64,000 nt of DNA from Tetramitus jugosus (Eukaryota; Protista; Heterolobosea): NCBI GenBank assembly GCA_937625935.1, contig OW569376.1, positions 186,001 through 250,000 on the forward strand, written 5' to 3'. This document shows positions 1 to 10,537 of this stretch, in pieces; positions within the stretch are counted from its first letter, which is position 1, and the number at the start of each line of letters is the position of its first letter. The notes beneath the pieces are model-generated. The model ran no database searches and was not told where the DNA came from. It saw only the letters and a program-made list of their open reading frames with translations. A program made the translations under genes and the position numbers.

Positions 1-341
1 TTCACCAATCGCAACGTTTGACGTGAAGAATTGGCCAAATGATTCTTCACCCTTTTACATTGATGTTTGGGCAACTGATTCATTAGATGCACATTCATTT
101 GGACGCACATCTCGCTCGAGAATTCTCTTTCCAGTGTCTGTTGTGTTTGTGCTCATGTTCATACTAATGTACATGAGTTTATCGAAAAGACGATATATGA
201 TTCGACAGCATGTGAGACCTCATACGGTTTAAGGTGGCGCAACTCCCACGAATATTTGGCCGAATTTTGTTGGTCTAGAATGCACAGAATGGTAACGGCC
301 GATGACTCCCGCCAAATCACAAGTACAATAAAAACAAGGAG

Positions 342-1298
342 ATGAAGGACAGTTCGTGGCATTGGGAAACATCATATCTGAGAGCTGTTGAAAGTGCTCC
401 TAGCTCAAGACAAAGTAACATATCCAAAAGATCTCAATTGAACACTATTGATATTGATGGAGCTCAACCACGTCCATTTTCCAAGGCAACAGAACTCTGT
501 TTGCCTAATTTTCACTCAACATTGGATATCGAGGGAGGTCAACCACGCAAGTTAATTCCTACGGTCGTGAACAAACCAAATGATAGAAATTTGCGGAATG
601 ACGATATTGAGCACAGTCGACCCTACGTGAACCGAATGATCACCAATCGAGTGGTTGATCCGTTGAATCCAGACTATATGCTTCCCTCCACATCGATTAG
701 AGCTATAACACCACCGAGATTCTTGAGAGAGACGAATAGAGTTCAGGATATTAACAATGATCCTGATTACCCCACTCTGAAAAAGCCCTCTGAGTTCGCC
801 ACAAGAAATCACATGGACTACAAAGATGCAGTAGGAACACAAACTGCTGTTGCGCGACTGAAGCCTAGACAATCCAAGCATTTTGGTCCATTAGAAGTAA
901 CAGATATCAATAATGACAGAATATTTCGTACAAGGAGAGTTGGAAATCCTTTGTCACCAAGATATACCTACGATACTCCACAAGAGATGAATGAAAACCG
1001 CAGCCAAAGGAAGGAGAGTAATCATAACATTGGAGTGATTGCAGGTAATCATCCCAGGAAGTTGCCTCCTATGAGAAATGATCGACCGCTGCTATCGCTC
1101 AAGACTGACGATATAGAGAATATGAAGAGAACTGTGCTGCACTTTGTTCCTCCATCCTTCCCAGTCAACCGTCGGCAATATCGTCAAATCAACAATATTG
1201 ACGACATAGAGAAGGTCCATCCATCAAATAAGTTTACAACTTTTGCAAAGACAACACAACGAAGTACAAACCCTTTGAATCCAGTTTATAAATTTTAG
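342..1298 (+). CDS. Hypothetical protein with internal repeats (DIxGxxP and NPLxPxY motifs)
   Basis: 318-aa ORF; recurring motifs DIDGAQP/DIEGGQP and DPLNPDY/NPLSPRY/NPLNPVY. Confidence 0.7.
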   Translation: MKDSSWHWETSYLRAVESAPSSRQSNISKRSQLNTIDIDGAQPRPFSKATELCLPNFHSTLDIEGGQPRKLIPTVVNKPNDRNLRNDDIEHSRPYVNRMITNRVVDPLNPDYMLPSTSIRAITPPRFLRETNRVQDINNDPDYPTLKKPSEFATRNHMDYKDAVGTQTAVARLKPRQSKHFGPLEVTDINNDRIFRTRRVGNPLSPRYTYDTPQEMNENRSQRKESNHNIGVIAGNHPRKLPPMRNDRPLLSLKTDDIENMKRTVLHFVPPSFPVNRRQYRQINNIDDIEKVHPSNKFTTFAKTTQRSTNPLNPVYKF

Positions 1299-1531
1299 TC
1301 CGAACCTCCCTAACGATTACTTGTTGGTGCGTCATTGAGACAATGGAACTATCCAACGGGCCGTTTGTCGGATGAGGTCTTTTTTTGGACGTTTGATTTC
1401 ATCGAATGAGTAGAATGAGCAGATCGGCCACTCACCCAAAACGACTCGGTTTTTACTGCGGTTGTTGATTTAACACCACCGACACAACGAACCACGCACT
1501 CACACAACTAAAGCAAGAACCTCAACTCACC

Positions 1532-2434
1532 ATGCAATTGTCTTCCCGCTCACTTAAACAAGTGATTCTCTTTAGTGTCATCTTCTTTAGCTTCTTAGTG
1601 GTCATTTATTGGGCGGTTGTGAACAAGAACAGCATTAGTGGTGATGATATCCAACATCCTGTAGAAACTCTCGTGGCAGACCGAGATGATGTCAATGCTA
1701 GAGCGATCGAAAATCAATATCGCGGCATTACAAAACAGGAATTCCTACAAGCCAGTCAACTTGCAAGAGATATTGAAAAAAAGTGTAGATCAAACATTGG
1801 ACAATCTGGTTGCGTCACGGAAGCTTGTCCTACTCTTCCATTTGGTTTCAATGCCAGACCAAAGGGTCACACTGAAGAGCTCGTTGGCAACAATTGTGAA
1901 CCATGGATGCGTCGTGATGTTGTCTTGTTGCTCAATCAATTGGTAAAGCCCTATTTTACAGTGTTGGAGTGGAGCTCGGGATCGAGCACCATTTGGACAC
2001 TGCCAAGAGTCGCTCGGTTGATTTCTGTGGAGGACAATGCTGAATGGGCACGTTCAGTCATTAAAAAGGTTGAATCCATGGGATTGAGTCACAAGTCTGA
2101 ATTTCATATCATTCCAGGAACGAATGAGGGACCAGAGTGGGCCAAATCTTCAACAGGAAAGTTTTTTGTTGATTATGTGGGAGTTAAGTTGCCCAAGGAA
2201 CTTCATGCAAAGTATGATATGATTATTGTGGATGGAAGAGCGAGACCTGCTTGCTTGCACAGAGCAGTATCGTTGTTGAAACCAGAGGGAGGCATTCTCG
2301 TGTTGGACAACTCTGATAGAAATTACAAGAGGGATTATGTGCCTGCTTATTGGCCACGCTTCACTTCGATCGATGCTCGGCCAACTGAAACTACTGTTTG
2401 GTTGTCTCAATTGCCCAGTAATGAAACGTTGTAA
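1532..2434 (+). CDS. Type II membrane class I SAM-dependent methyltransferase (Methyltransf_24-like)
   Basis: N-terminal TM helix; VLEWSSGSST motif I, ISVEDN, YDMIIVDGRAR, GGILVLDN. Confidence 0.75.
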   Translation: MQLSSRSLKQVILFSVIFFSFLVVIYWAVVNKNSISGDDIQHPVETLVADRDDVNARAIENQYRGITKQEFLQASQLARDIEKKCRSNIGQSGCVTEACPTLPFGFNARPKGHTEELVGNNCEPWMRRDVVLLLNQLVKPYFTVLEWSSGSSTIWTLPRVARLISVEDNAEWARSVIKKVESMGLSHKSEFHIIPGTNEGPEWAKSSTGKFFVDYVGVKLPKELHAKYDMIIVDGRARPACLHRAVSLLKPEGGILVLDNSDRNYKRDYVPAYWPRFTSIDARPTETTVWLSQLPSNETL

Positions 2435-2558
2435 AGAAGAAATCGAGAAACTAAAATGTTAATTATTGTTCGAAGCTAGCGTGTTCGTTTGGACTTTATG
2501 CTTTCAGAAGAACTTTAATGATGGGAAAGTGCGAGAGCTCAACGATTATATTTATTCA

Positions 2559-5500
2559 TTACTTGTTGTTGCCTGAATCGAATACATCCTTCGAATGAGT
2601 AGCCGAGACTGGTGTGTTGACTTCTGACCGTATTTTTTCAATCTTGTCAGCATTGCTTGCCATTATGGAGTTGAAGCGATTCAACAGCAACTTGGCAGAC
2701 TCGACAACATTCGGGAAGCGACCAGTACAGTACTTAATTGAGTTTTCAACCATTCTTTCGAAATCTATCCTAAATGACTTATCATCCATGTATGCTAAAT
2801 TAGCGACCTTCTTTGACATTGTTGATAGATCCATCGGATGCGAGATAACTTTCCTATAGTCTGCAAATTGTTTGGGATCTACAGGCTGTTTGAACGGATT
2901 GGAGTTCAAATCATTGTTCACCTCGGTTAGAACATTTGACAACACTTCTGCCAACTGATCTCCAGTTGTTTTGCGCCTTCGACTTGTTTGAGGCTTAGGG
3001 GACAGATACTCCATGTATTCTTGTTCCTTCTGAGCACTCACTACTGGCTTGGCAATCGGTAGTGCTGGCGGCTTGGTCGCTGTCGTCTTTGGTTTTTTTG
3101 GTGGGCGAGCAGTCGAGGCTGATGCCGATGTCTTTGCTGACTGTTTTCTCTTCTTTGTAGGTTTCTCGTCAGTGGATTGTTCAATTACTGATGCTGGTAT
3201 CTGAATCTTTAGGCCTTGTGATTGTGCAGGGGTGTCCTTTGTTTTTGGAAGTGGTTTTTCTGAATTCTTGCTGAGCTTAATCTTGAACTTGGTACCACCC
3301 TCCTCTGCCACAGCAGTGTTTCCCTTCTTTTGTTTTGTCTTTTTCTCTTTGGCCTTTTCCAGTTTTTGTAATTTCTTGAGTCTCTGCTTTTCTAATCGCT
3401 CCTTCTTCCTCTCATTCTGGGATGTTGATTCCTGATATGATTGTTGAGCCAAGGTCGACCTTCTCTTTTTCTTGGAATTTGGTCCATCAGCACGATATGT
3501 TTTCATGTATCTACGATACATGTCCTGCAATCTTCTCGCTTCTTTACCTCCAGACTTGAACGATTCGTCATCAAATGCAGAGAGTCTCTTACCCTTCTTC
3601 TTATTCTTGTTTTGCTCCTGCATTCTCTTCTTTTCCATATAGAAATTAACAAGAGTTGGATCCTTGATAATTTCTTCCTCTGTTCTTGTCGTGCCATCAT
3701 CCAGCTTGATTGTCTTTGTTTTTCGTACAATGTATCTCTTCTCTGGCGGAGCTGGTACTGCACTTTCAGTCGTGCTCTTCTGAGCAACCTTCTCAAGAAG
3801 ACTTTTTTGCAATAACTTCTCTGAATCACTCTCCGAATCAGTTTCCATCTTTTGTTCCTTCATCATATCTTCGAACAAAGCTTCATCGTCCTCATCATCA
3901 GAGTCACTCATTGCGTCACCTTTGCCTGCAGATGATGAATCGATCATATATCTCGATGGATACATTGCTCTCATTGCCTCCTCTTCTTTTATGTCAGTGT
4001 AATACTCAACTCCACTTGACAATTTGTATGCTTCAATAGTGAAAATGTTTTGCAGTACTTGACGGAATTTAGCATTTCGTGCAATTTCCTTGGCATCCTT
4101 CTTATTAGCCGCATTCTGTTTCAAATCTGTAGACTGACTTCCGTCCGGGGCGTTTGCATCTGTACTTCTCGTGCCTCGCTCTGCTAATACCTTCTTGGCA
4201 GTTATTCTTCTTGCTGCCTTTGTCATTGCATTGATCTTCTCGTCAGACTCACCACTCTCAGCCAAAATCTTTCTCGCTTCAGTATCTGTAATGGTGGGCA
4301 AGATACTCTCGGCTTCTGACTTGACAGCTGCTTCAGTTTCTTTGGATAATCGATCAATGTCTTCCTTCTTCAAGTTTTGATTGACTACACTTAGAATATG
4401 CAACGAAGCGTTTTCCTTGCCGCTGAGCGCATTCAAGAAATTAGTTGTCTTGTTCCAAGGTGTGTCAATCTCCTCCTTCTCCACGAAGCGAATGGCATCT
4501 CGAATTCTTCCCTTCTCTCGAATAGCAGGTGAATACTTGTAACTGGCCATACAAGCCATCTCATTCACACCAGCTTCTTGCAAACGGAGCTGACCGGAAG
4601 ACATGCTCTCATTCAGACAAACCATTTCGGGTGTGACCATGGCTTGTAGATCCTCCTCACTCGGAATGACAAAATCCGGTTTGGCGTACCACCAACCACT
4701 GTCACCACCGCCACGCTTGAAATGTGCACATTGTTTCAAACATTTTCTAATTGTTGTCTCTGGCATGGTAGGGAATGCTTCCTTCACATCATCAATCTGA
4801 AGCTTCATCGGTTTTCCTTTCTCCTTCAACTCCTTAAACCGTCGATAAATAAATAAATTCAGCCTGTTTTTGCAAAAATTGACATGCGCACGCGAATTGG
4901 GTGCAGGAACATCGGTATTCGGTTGCGTATGACCTGCTGTATAATACATTGGAATGGGACGAATATAAAACTTTAGCCCGCCGCTAGTCTTTCTTGTTGT
5001 TAACAAGAAATCAGTGCTAGGGGGTTGATGCTTATGCAATTGAGCGCTAAACATTGAATTCTCTGTACTTGTGAAGAATTCGTCATTCTTGAGCGGTCCT
5101 AGCAAGGGTAAGGAGTCTTGAGAGTCTATTAAATAAGGAACACCATCCTCACACTTTGACACCAAACTTGTTTCATCTCCTTTCTTGAAATAGTTACAAA
5201 TCTTTGTGCCCATTCCAGTGTTATTCAAAACTGATGGCTTTTGCTCAATATATTCAACTAATATCAATCGATGATCATGAGCAGACAATTCCATCTTCTT
5301 TTCAATAATCTTTGTTTTTCTTCTGCTCTTCTTCTCCTTCTTTGGAGCTCTGTACAGTACGGGCATGATTTGATCTGTCTTGAACTTGATTCTAGGTCGA
5401 TGAAGTCGTCTAAGTTCTTCATCTTTGAGTTGCATCTTAAAGTAGCTCTTATCGAGCTTCAGTGCTGGAATGGAATGTCTCACAATGTGTCTACCCTTGG

Positions 5501-7460
5501 CCATTGATGATCCTAATGCTAATTTTGTAGAATCTGCATATTCAGAATCATTTGCCACATTGTATCTTCGTGCATTTTGAAGAGTTTCAGCCTTCTTTGC
5601 TTCGGTGGATTGGAGAGCTGGACTTTCACTAGGATTGATTTCTTCAAATATCATATCAGGATCATTCAAATCAAACACCAAGTCAGAACAGAGCGGTTTC
5701 TTTGGACCTTCATCATTGTCCCACGTTACTCGATCAAGCCACTCACAACTTAACAACTCTTCATTAAAAATGTGCTGTAAATGTTGACTGCCAACAGTTG
5801 GAAAATTGGTCGTATTCGATCGAGCAACAGGAGAAATAGTTCCACTCTTTGGATCGAACAAGGCTTTGATATCGTCCTTCTTCTTTTTCCGCGTGTATTT
5901 TTTTCTCGGTTTTTTGCCATCGGGCCCGACTGCCGTTTCACTAGCATCCGTGTGCACTTGTGATGAACCCAAATCACCGCCCGGCGCAGGTGCACCATCT
6001 GATGCTTGTTGTTGGGCGACCCGTTGTGCCTGCTGTGCACTCCTCTGCCTCATGAGCAACTTTTTGAATGCGAGTAACTCAGCTTCTTCATCTGGTTGAT
6101 TCCTAACATCTTCTTCTGTTTGACCCCATTTGACCTTTGCCTTCTTTTGAACTGCACCCGAATGAACGTACAGTGGCGCAGAAGTCGCATGAGTTACAAT
6201 CGGTGCCGTAATTAGGTTTAGTGCATCGAAATCAACATTGGACGATCCTTGTGTCAACTCATCGACATCACCATTCATATTTGAAAAGTTGTCCATAAAG
6301 TCCAACGAGTGCGAGTCAGTCACCACCAAACCACTACCACCACTCACCACCAAATTCTTCTTATTGCTATCCACGTCTGCCTCTGCTCCAACAGCCATGG
6401 GAAAAGTGGTCATATCACTTGAGATTGAGTGCAAGTTATCAGAGATCATATCAATGGACACTTGTTCATGATTTTCATCATCAATGCCCATCATGGCATG
6501 CTGATACGGTTCATTTGCATTGCCCCAGATGATATCTCTCTCCCATTCAATCTGATCAAACGGAAGCAGACCAAAATTACTTGGATCATTGATCAATCGA
6601 TCCTCATCGTCCACAGCGTCCTGTACCTGTGCACGTCGCTCTTCATGTCCCTTTCTCCATCCCTCCTCTTCTTGTTGCTGCTGCTGTTGATACAACTGCT
6701 CTTGTTGTTTTTCTTGTTGTTCTCGAAGTTGTTTGCGCCTCATAATATCAACATATGTCTCCTCGCGTCGCCTAATCTCCTTATCATAAAAACTCTTTTC
6801 AATGTTAAAGTCTTGAAACATGGGTTTGTACTGCGAAGACGACTGCGCTGCAAAACTTGATTTTTTTCTTGCCAATCTCTTCTTTTTCTGCACCTTTTTT
6901 CGTTTCAACTGCAGAGCAGGATCATTGACTGACAAATCATATTGTTTCGGTCCAAACAAGTCTGTAAATTTCAGTACTTGACCCTCTCGGGGATCCGTGT
7001 AGAGCACAAGGTGATCCGCATGTTTATCAACCACTTTTTTCTTTTTTTGAAGCATTGCTTCTCTCGCTTTTTCAAACAGAGCTCTCTGCTCTTGAATCAT
7101 CTCTTCTTCCTCCTTTTCTCTCAGCAATGTTTTTGTTTTTGTTGATGGTACCATCGACGCGATTGATGCTTTTGTTGTCTTTAAACCACCACCACCACCA
7201 CCATTCAATGCATCACCCCCGTCGTCCAAATCATCATCATCCAAATCATCTTCACCGACCATCATGTCTTCAGTAATGTTGGATGCTTGATATTGTTCAT
7301 TTTCATCATCATCATCATCAGATGGCGGTTTCAAATCATTTTCATCAATGTAGTCACTGAGACCACCGAGTGAGCCCAATGAGGAACCACCAACGTTGCT
7401 GGGTAGGTTCAATAGACCACTCATAATGTCATTGGCCGATTTTTTTGTCGTCAATGACAT
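2559..7460 (-). CDS. TAF1: Transcription initiation factor TFIID subunit 1
   Basis: 1633 aa; DUF3591 core (HSIPALKL, LHRP, EYIEQKP..GMG, TDFLL, VTPEMVCLNESM, TPWNKT) and C-terminal bromodomain (PFKQPVD..YRKVISHPMDLSTM..NSIKY). Confidence 0.92.
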   Translation of the reverse strand: MSLTTKKSANDIMSGLLNLPSNVGGSSLGSLGGLSDYIDENDLKPPSDDDDDENEQYQASNITEDMMVGEDDLDDDDLDDGGDALNGGGGGGLKTTKASIASMVPSTKTKTLLREKEEEEMIQEQRALFEKAREAMLQKKKKVVDKHADHLVLYTDPREGQVLKFTDLFGPKQYDLSVNDPALQLKRKKVQKKKRLARKKSSFAAQSSSQYKPMFQDFNIEKSFYDKEIRRREETYVDIMRRKQLREQQEKQQEQLYQQQQQQEEEGWRKGHEERRAQVQDAVDDEDRLINDPSNFGLLPFDQIEWERDIIWGNANEPYQHAMMGIDDENHEQVSIDMISDNLHSISSDMTTFPMAVGAEADVDSNKKNLVVSGGSGLVVTDSHSLDFMDNFSNMNGDVDELTQGSSNVDFDALNLITAPIVTHATSAPLYVHSGAVQKKAKVKWGQTEEDVRNQPDEEAELLAFKKLLMRQRSAQQAQRVAQQQASDGAPAPGGDLGSSQVHTDASETAVGPDGKKPRKKYTRKKKKDDIKALFDPKSGTISPVARSNTTNFPTVGSQHLQHIFNEELLSCEWLDRVTWDNDEGPKKPLCSDLVFDLNDPDMIFEEINPSESPALQSTEAKKAETLQNARRYNVANDSEYADSTKLALGSSMAKGRHIVRHSIPALKLDKSYFKMQLKDEELRRLHRPRIKFKTDQIMPVLYRAPKKEKKSRRKTKIIEKKMELSAHDHRLILVEYIEQKPSVLNNTGMGTKICNYFKKGDETSLVSKCEDGVPYLIDSQDSLPLLGPLKNDEFFTSTENSMFSAQLHKHQPPSTDFLLTTRKTSGGLKFYIRPIPMYYTAGHTQPNTDVPAPNSRAHVNFCKNRLNLFIYRRFKELKEKGKPMKLQIDDVKEAFPTMPETTIRKCLKQCAHFKRGGGDSGWWYAKPDFVIPSEEDLQAMVTPEMVCLNESMSSGQLRLQEAGVNEMACMASYKYSPAIREKGRIRDAIRFVEKEEIDTPWNKTTNFLNALSGKENASLHILSVVNQNLKKEDIDRLSKETEAAVKSEAESILPTITDTEARKILAESGESDEKINAMTKAARRITAKKVLAERGTRSTDANAPDGSQSTDLKQNAANKKDAKEIARNAKFRQVLQNIFTIEAYKLSSGVEYYTDIKEEEAMRAMYPSRYMIDSSSAGKGDAMSDSDDEDDEALFEDMMKEQKMETDSESDSEKLLQKSLLEKVAQKSTTESAVPAPPEKRYIVRKTKTIKLDDGTTRTEEEIIKDPTLVNFYMEKKRMQEQNKNKKKGKRLSAFDDESFKSGGKEARRLQDMYRRYMKTYRADGPNSKKKRRSTLAQQSYQESTSQNERKKERLEKQRLKKLQKLEKAKEKKTKQKKGNTAVAEEGGTKFKIKLSKNSEKPLPKTKDTPAQSQGLKIQIPASVIEQSTDEKPTKKRKQSAKTSASASTARPPKKPKTTATKPPALPIAKPVVSAQKEQEYMEYLSPKPQTSRRRKTTGDQLAEVLSNVLTEVNNDLNSNPFKQPVDPKQFADYRKVISHPMDLSTMSKKVANLAYMDDKSFRIDFERMVENSIKYCTGRFPNVVESAKLLLNRFNSIMASNADKIEKIRSEVNTPVSATHSKDVFDSGNNK

Positions 7461-8067
7461 GGTTTGACTAGTGAGTGAGTGTGCGTGTGCGTGTTGTTGT
7501 TGTTGATGTTGTGGTCAAGTCAAACCGTTTGATTGCGTTTTTTTTTTCAAAGTTCTTTTTTTGAATGGCGCAAAAAAAAATTGGAGATCGGGAATTTCAG
7601 AAGCAACTCGAAGTTTGTACTCGAATACAATACCATCGATACTGTCCAAGACCCTCTCAAACATGACAGTGAAAGAATCGAAGAAGAACCAGGCGTACTT
7701 TATTTAGAGAGATGTCTGCTGATGAGGAGTTGGTTGAGAAGCGACCCAGTTCTCTTCACATCTGAGCATTCAACAGAGATATGTGTCGATTGGCGCACAC
7801 TGGAAGTCATGAGGCCTTCATCCTTCATCCACCATAAATGTCAGAGGCAATGGTCCCCAAAGCGTTGTGGAGAGTTGGCCATGAAAATCCACGCAAGTTA
7901 CAGTCAAGGAGTTTGGCTGTGAGCAGCTCGATCCTTGCACGAACATGAATGTGGTATTTGAGGGACCCAAAGGACACTGCCAAGATTGAACCAGTGCGAA
8001 GAAAGCGTCAAGCGATTCGACCTAATAAACATAGACTCAAACCTAGGTTTAACCATAGAAGCAACAG

Positions 8068-9192
8068 TTACTGATCGATTGTCTTCATTGATGTTTCGGA
8101 CAGCATTGAATTGTTCCATGGTCTGCTCATCAGAAAACTCCATCCACCACTCAAATCCACAAACATGGAATCATATTTGTCAGGACAAGATTTCAATCCC
8201 AGCTCTCTCAATCTGTTCCACTTGAGACCGTTCGTGATACCTACCGGAGAACTCTTGGCAGATATCGTGTGCTCCATTCCACTTTGATCCACTTTGCCGT
8301 ACTCTGACCCCTCAACACCGACCAGTATACCACCATGTCTATGCGACGCTGAAGACATGTAGTACATGTAAACATGGCCAAACTCCCCATTTGGCTCAAT
8401 CATTCTGTTTGACTTGTAATTTCCGCATCCTCCCATACTAATATTCATGCCCCAATGCCGATGATGTTGCAAGAGCTTGTTGTGCAAACCAATTTTGGTA
8501 TCTCGTAAGCTAAGTCCCAATTTTGAGTTTTTCTCAAACATGAACTTTTGTCTGACCGTATTATCATATAACTTTATCGGACGACACTCATCGTAGTTCC
8601 AATAGGAAATGGCATGTGTTGCAGCCAAACGTCTAAAAACAATCTTTTGTTCCTTCATTGCATCGTCGCCATTGGTACTCGTTGAAACCATGGATGTCAC
8701 AGATCCTTGCATTCTACCTGTGAGCAACCAAGTCCAAAACAAGTGACAATGATCTGCATCATTGTTGTTCGATGTCGTGCTCAGCACATTATCAATCTTA
8801 CGATTCAAAACAGAAACAATGCTAGACTTTTGTTGCTTCACTGTTGGATTGACCTTTGGCAACTGAATCAACACCCGGGAGCCATGACTCAGTGCAGTTG
8901 CAATGGGCAACCCCGTGTCATGCCAATACTGCCAACCCTCATCATCATTCCTATCATTGCGATACAGCAACCCACCATACCGCAGCACCTTGAACAAGCG
9001 AGATAACACCTCTAATCGTGCTCTGTCATTGTACCGATCCACAACACTTGACGAGGAAGGCAACAATGGTTCCATGGTTCGCTTCCAGCAAGTCACATCC
9101 CGAGTCACCTGTGGATAAAAACCATTGTCTCGAAATTCTTTCTCTAGGGCAGTGTGCTTGGATGGTAGGACCGGTAATGGGGAGTGTGACAT
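8068..9192 (-). CDS. Ntox11-like (polymorphic-toxin family) domain protein
   Basis: Motifs in the order described for Ntox11: GxR (HGSRV), RxxxoH (RLAATH), H (GHVY), GxE (GVE), GxxH (GMEH); likely ATG at 9192. Confidence 0.65.
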   Translation of the reverse strand: MSHSPLPVLPSKHTALEKEFRDNGFYPQVTRDVTCWKRTMEPLLPSSSSVVDRYNDRARLEVLSRLFKVLRYGGLLYRNDRNDDEGWQYWHDTGLPIATALSHGSRVLIQLPKVNPTVKQQKSSIVSVLNRKIDNVLSTTSNNNDADHCHLFWTWLLTGRMQGSVTSMVSTSTNGDDAMKEQKIVFRRLAATHAISYWNYDECRPIKLYDNTVRQKFMFEKNSKLGLSLRDTKIGLHNKLLQHHRHWGMNISMGGCGNYKSNRMIEPNGEFGHVYMYYMSSASHRHGGILVGVEGSEYGKVDQSGMEHTISAKSSPVGITNGLKWNRLRELGLKSCPDKYDSMFVDLSGGWSFLMSRPWNNSMLSETSMKTIDQ

Positions 9193-9363
9193 ATCGACTA
9201 TTCTTGTTTGTGTTTTCTGTTTCTTTTGTGTGAATGTTCCGAAAAGCAAAGAACCCATCATCAATCACCATAGCATATGTCCAAATCCAAAAAAAACAAT
9301 TTGATCGGACAACAAACCAACAAAAAGCAACAAACAACGAACAACAAAACATACACATCAACA

Positions 9364-9861
9364 ATGTCTCAGCACAGCTTACCACAAGGATGGAGAATGA
9401 AGGAGTCATCAAGCAGAGCAGGCCTCTTCTATTATATTAACACTGAGACCAATGAATCTCAGTGGGAAATTCCAACGGAGCCAACCACTGGTGGCGCCGC
9501 CTCCGAACCACAAAATATTCGCGCCAGTCATTTGCTCGTGAAACATAACGGATCTCGCAGACCAAGTTCTTGGCGCGAAGCCAATATTACGAGATCAAAG
9601 GAAGAAGCTCGTTTGATCCTACAGTCGTACTATGATCAGATACGCAACGCAGACAACGTTGCAGAGAAATTTGCAGAGCTAGCAAGTCAATACAGTGACT
9701 GCAGCAGTGCAAAGAAGGGTGGTGATTTGGGTGTTTGGAAGAGAGGTCAAATGCAAAAAGCTTTTGATGATGCTGCCTTTAATCTCAAGATTGGCAAGCT
9801 CAGTGGTCCAGAATTCGTGGACAGTGACAGTGGTTTGCACATTATTTACAGAACAGGCTAA
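9364..9861 (+). CDS. PIN1: Peptidyl-prolyl cis-trans isomerase Pin1 (WW + parvulin)
   Basis: LPQGW..YYIN..SQWEIP WW domain; ASHLLVKHNGSRRPSSWRE, SDCSSAKKGGDLG, GLHII. Confidence 0.95.
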   Translation: MSQHSLPQGWRMKESSSRAGLFYYINTETNESQWEIPTEPTTGGAASEPQNIRASHLLVKHNGSRRPSSWREANITRSKEEARLILQSYYDQIRNADNVAEKFAELASQYSDCSSAKKGGDLGVWKRGQMQKAFDDAAFNLKIGKLSGPEFVDSDSGLHIIYRTG

Positions 9862-10537
9862 TCGCACTTGTCAATAATTTTTATAAATGTATTTACGAAG
9901 AAACGCATCACGTTGATTTCATTTCGGTTTTTTTTCTAGTTCTCAGTTCCCTTGTTGTCGTTTTTTGTGGCGTATTGACGTGCCCAAAGCTTGCTCATAA
10001 ATGGATAGGGCGAGTTGGCAAGTGGTTCAGTCACACGCTTCTCATAATAGGAACCAAAATAGATGACTGGTACACTGAGGAGAGCGCATGAGATCAAGCC
10101 AATGGCGAACCATCTGGGTCCACTCTTTGTCTTGGCATACTGTTTTTGCCATCAAACAAACAAAAAAAATGTCGAAAAAAATGAGCATTTTTCTAATCAA
10201 ATAACGTTACAAAAAAGAAAAGGATATGGTATTGGATGTGATAACTTACATGACCTCCAGCTGGCCAATATGTGTCCTTTGGATAATCAATTCTTGTTGC
10301 ACCACCCATGTTGTGATTTGAATAACTTTGTTTTTGCGTTTTGTTGGCGCGGCGAAAAAAATCACATTACCGCGCTCAACATTTCTCCTTTTGACGTCGT
10401 CTGTTATCTTGGATGTGTGTTGCGTTAGTTTGGAAGCTTACAACATTATTCGAGTTCCAACCACCCAGCACACAAGAAGAAGAGCTAGCGTGCAACAACA
10501 AAACACTACTTTTTTTTGGATCTCATTCATCACACCA

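Noticed and set aside
7533-8143. ORFs between TAF1 and the Ntox11-like gene
   Set aside because: Non-ATG or overlapping starts and no recognisable motifs; treated as intergenic or shadow ORFs.
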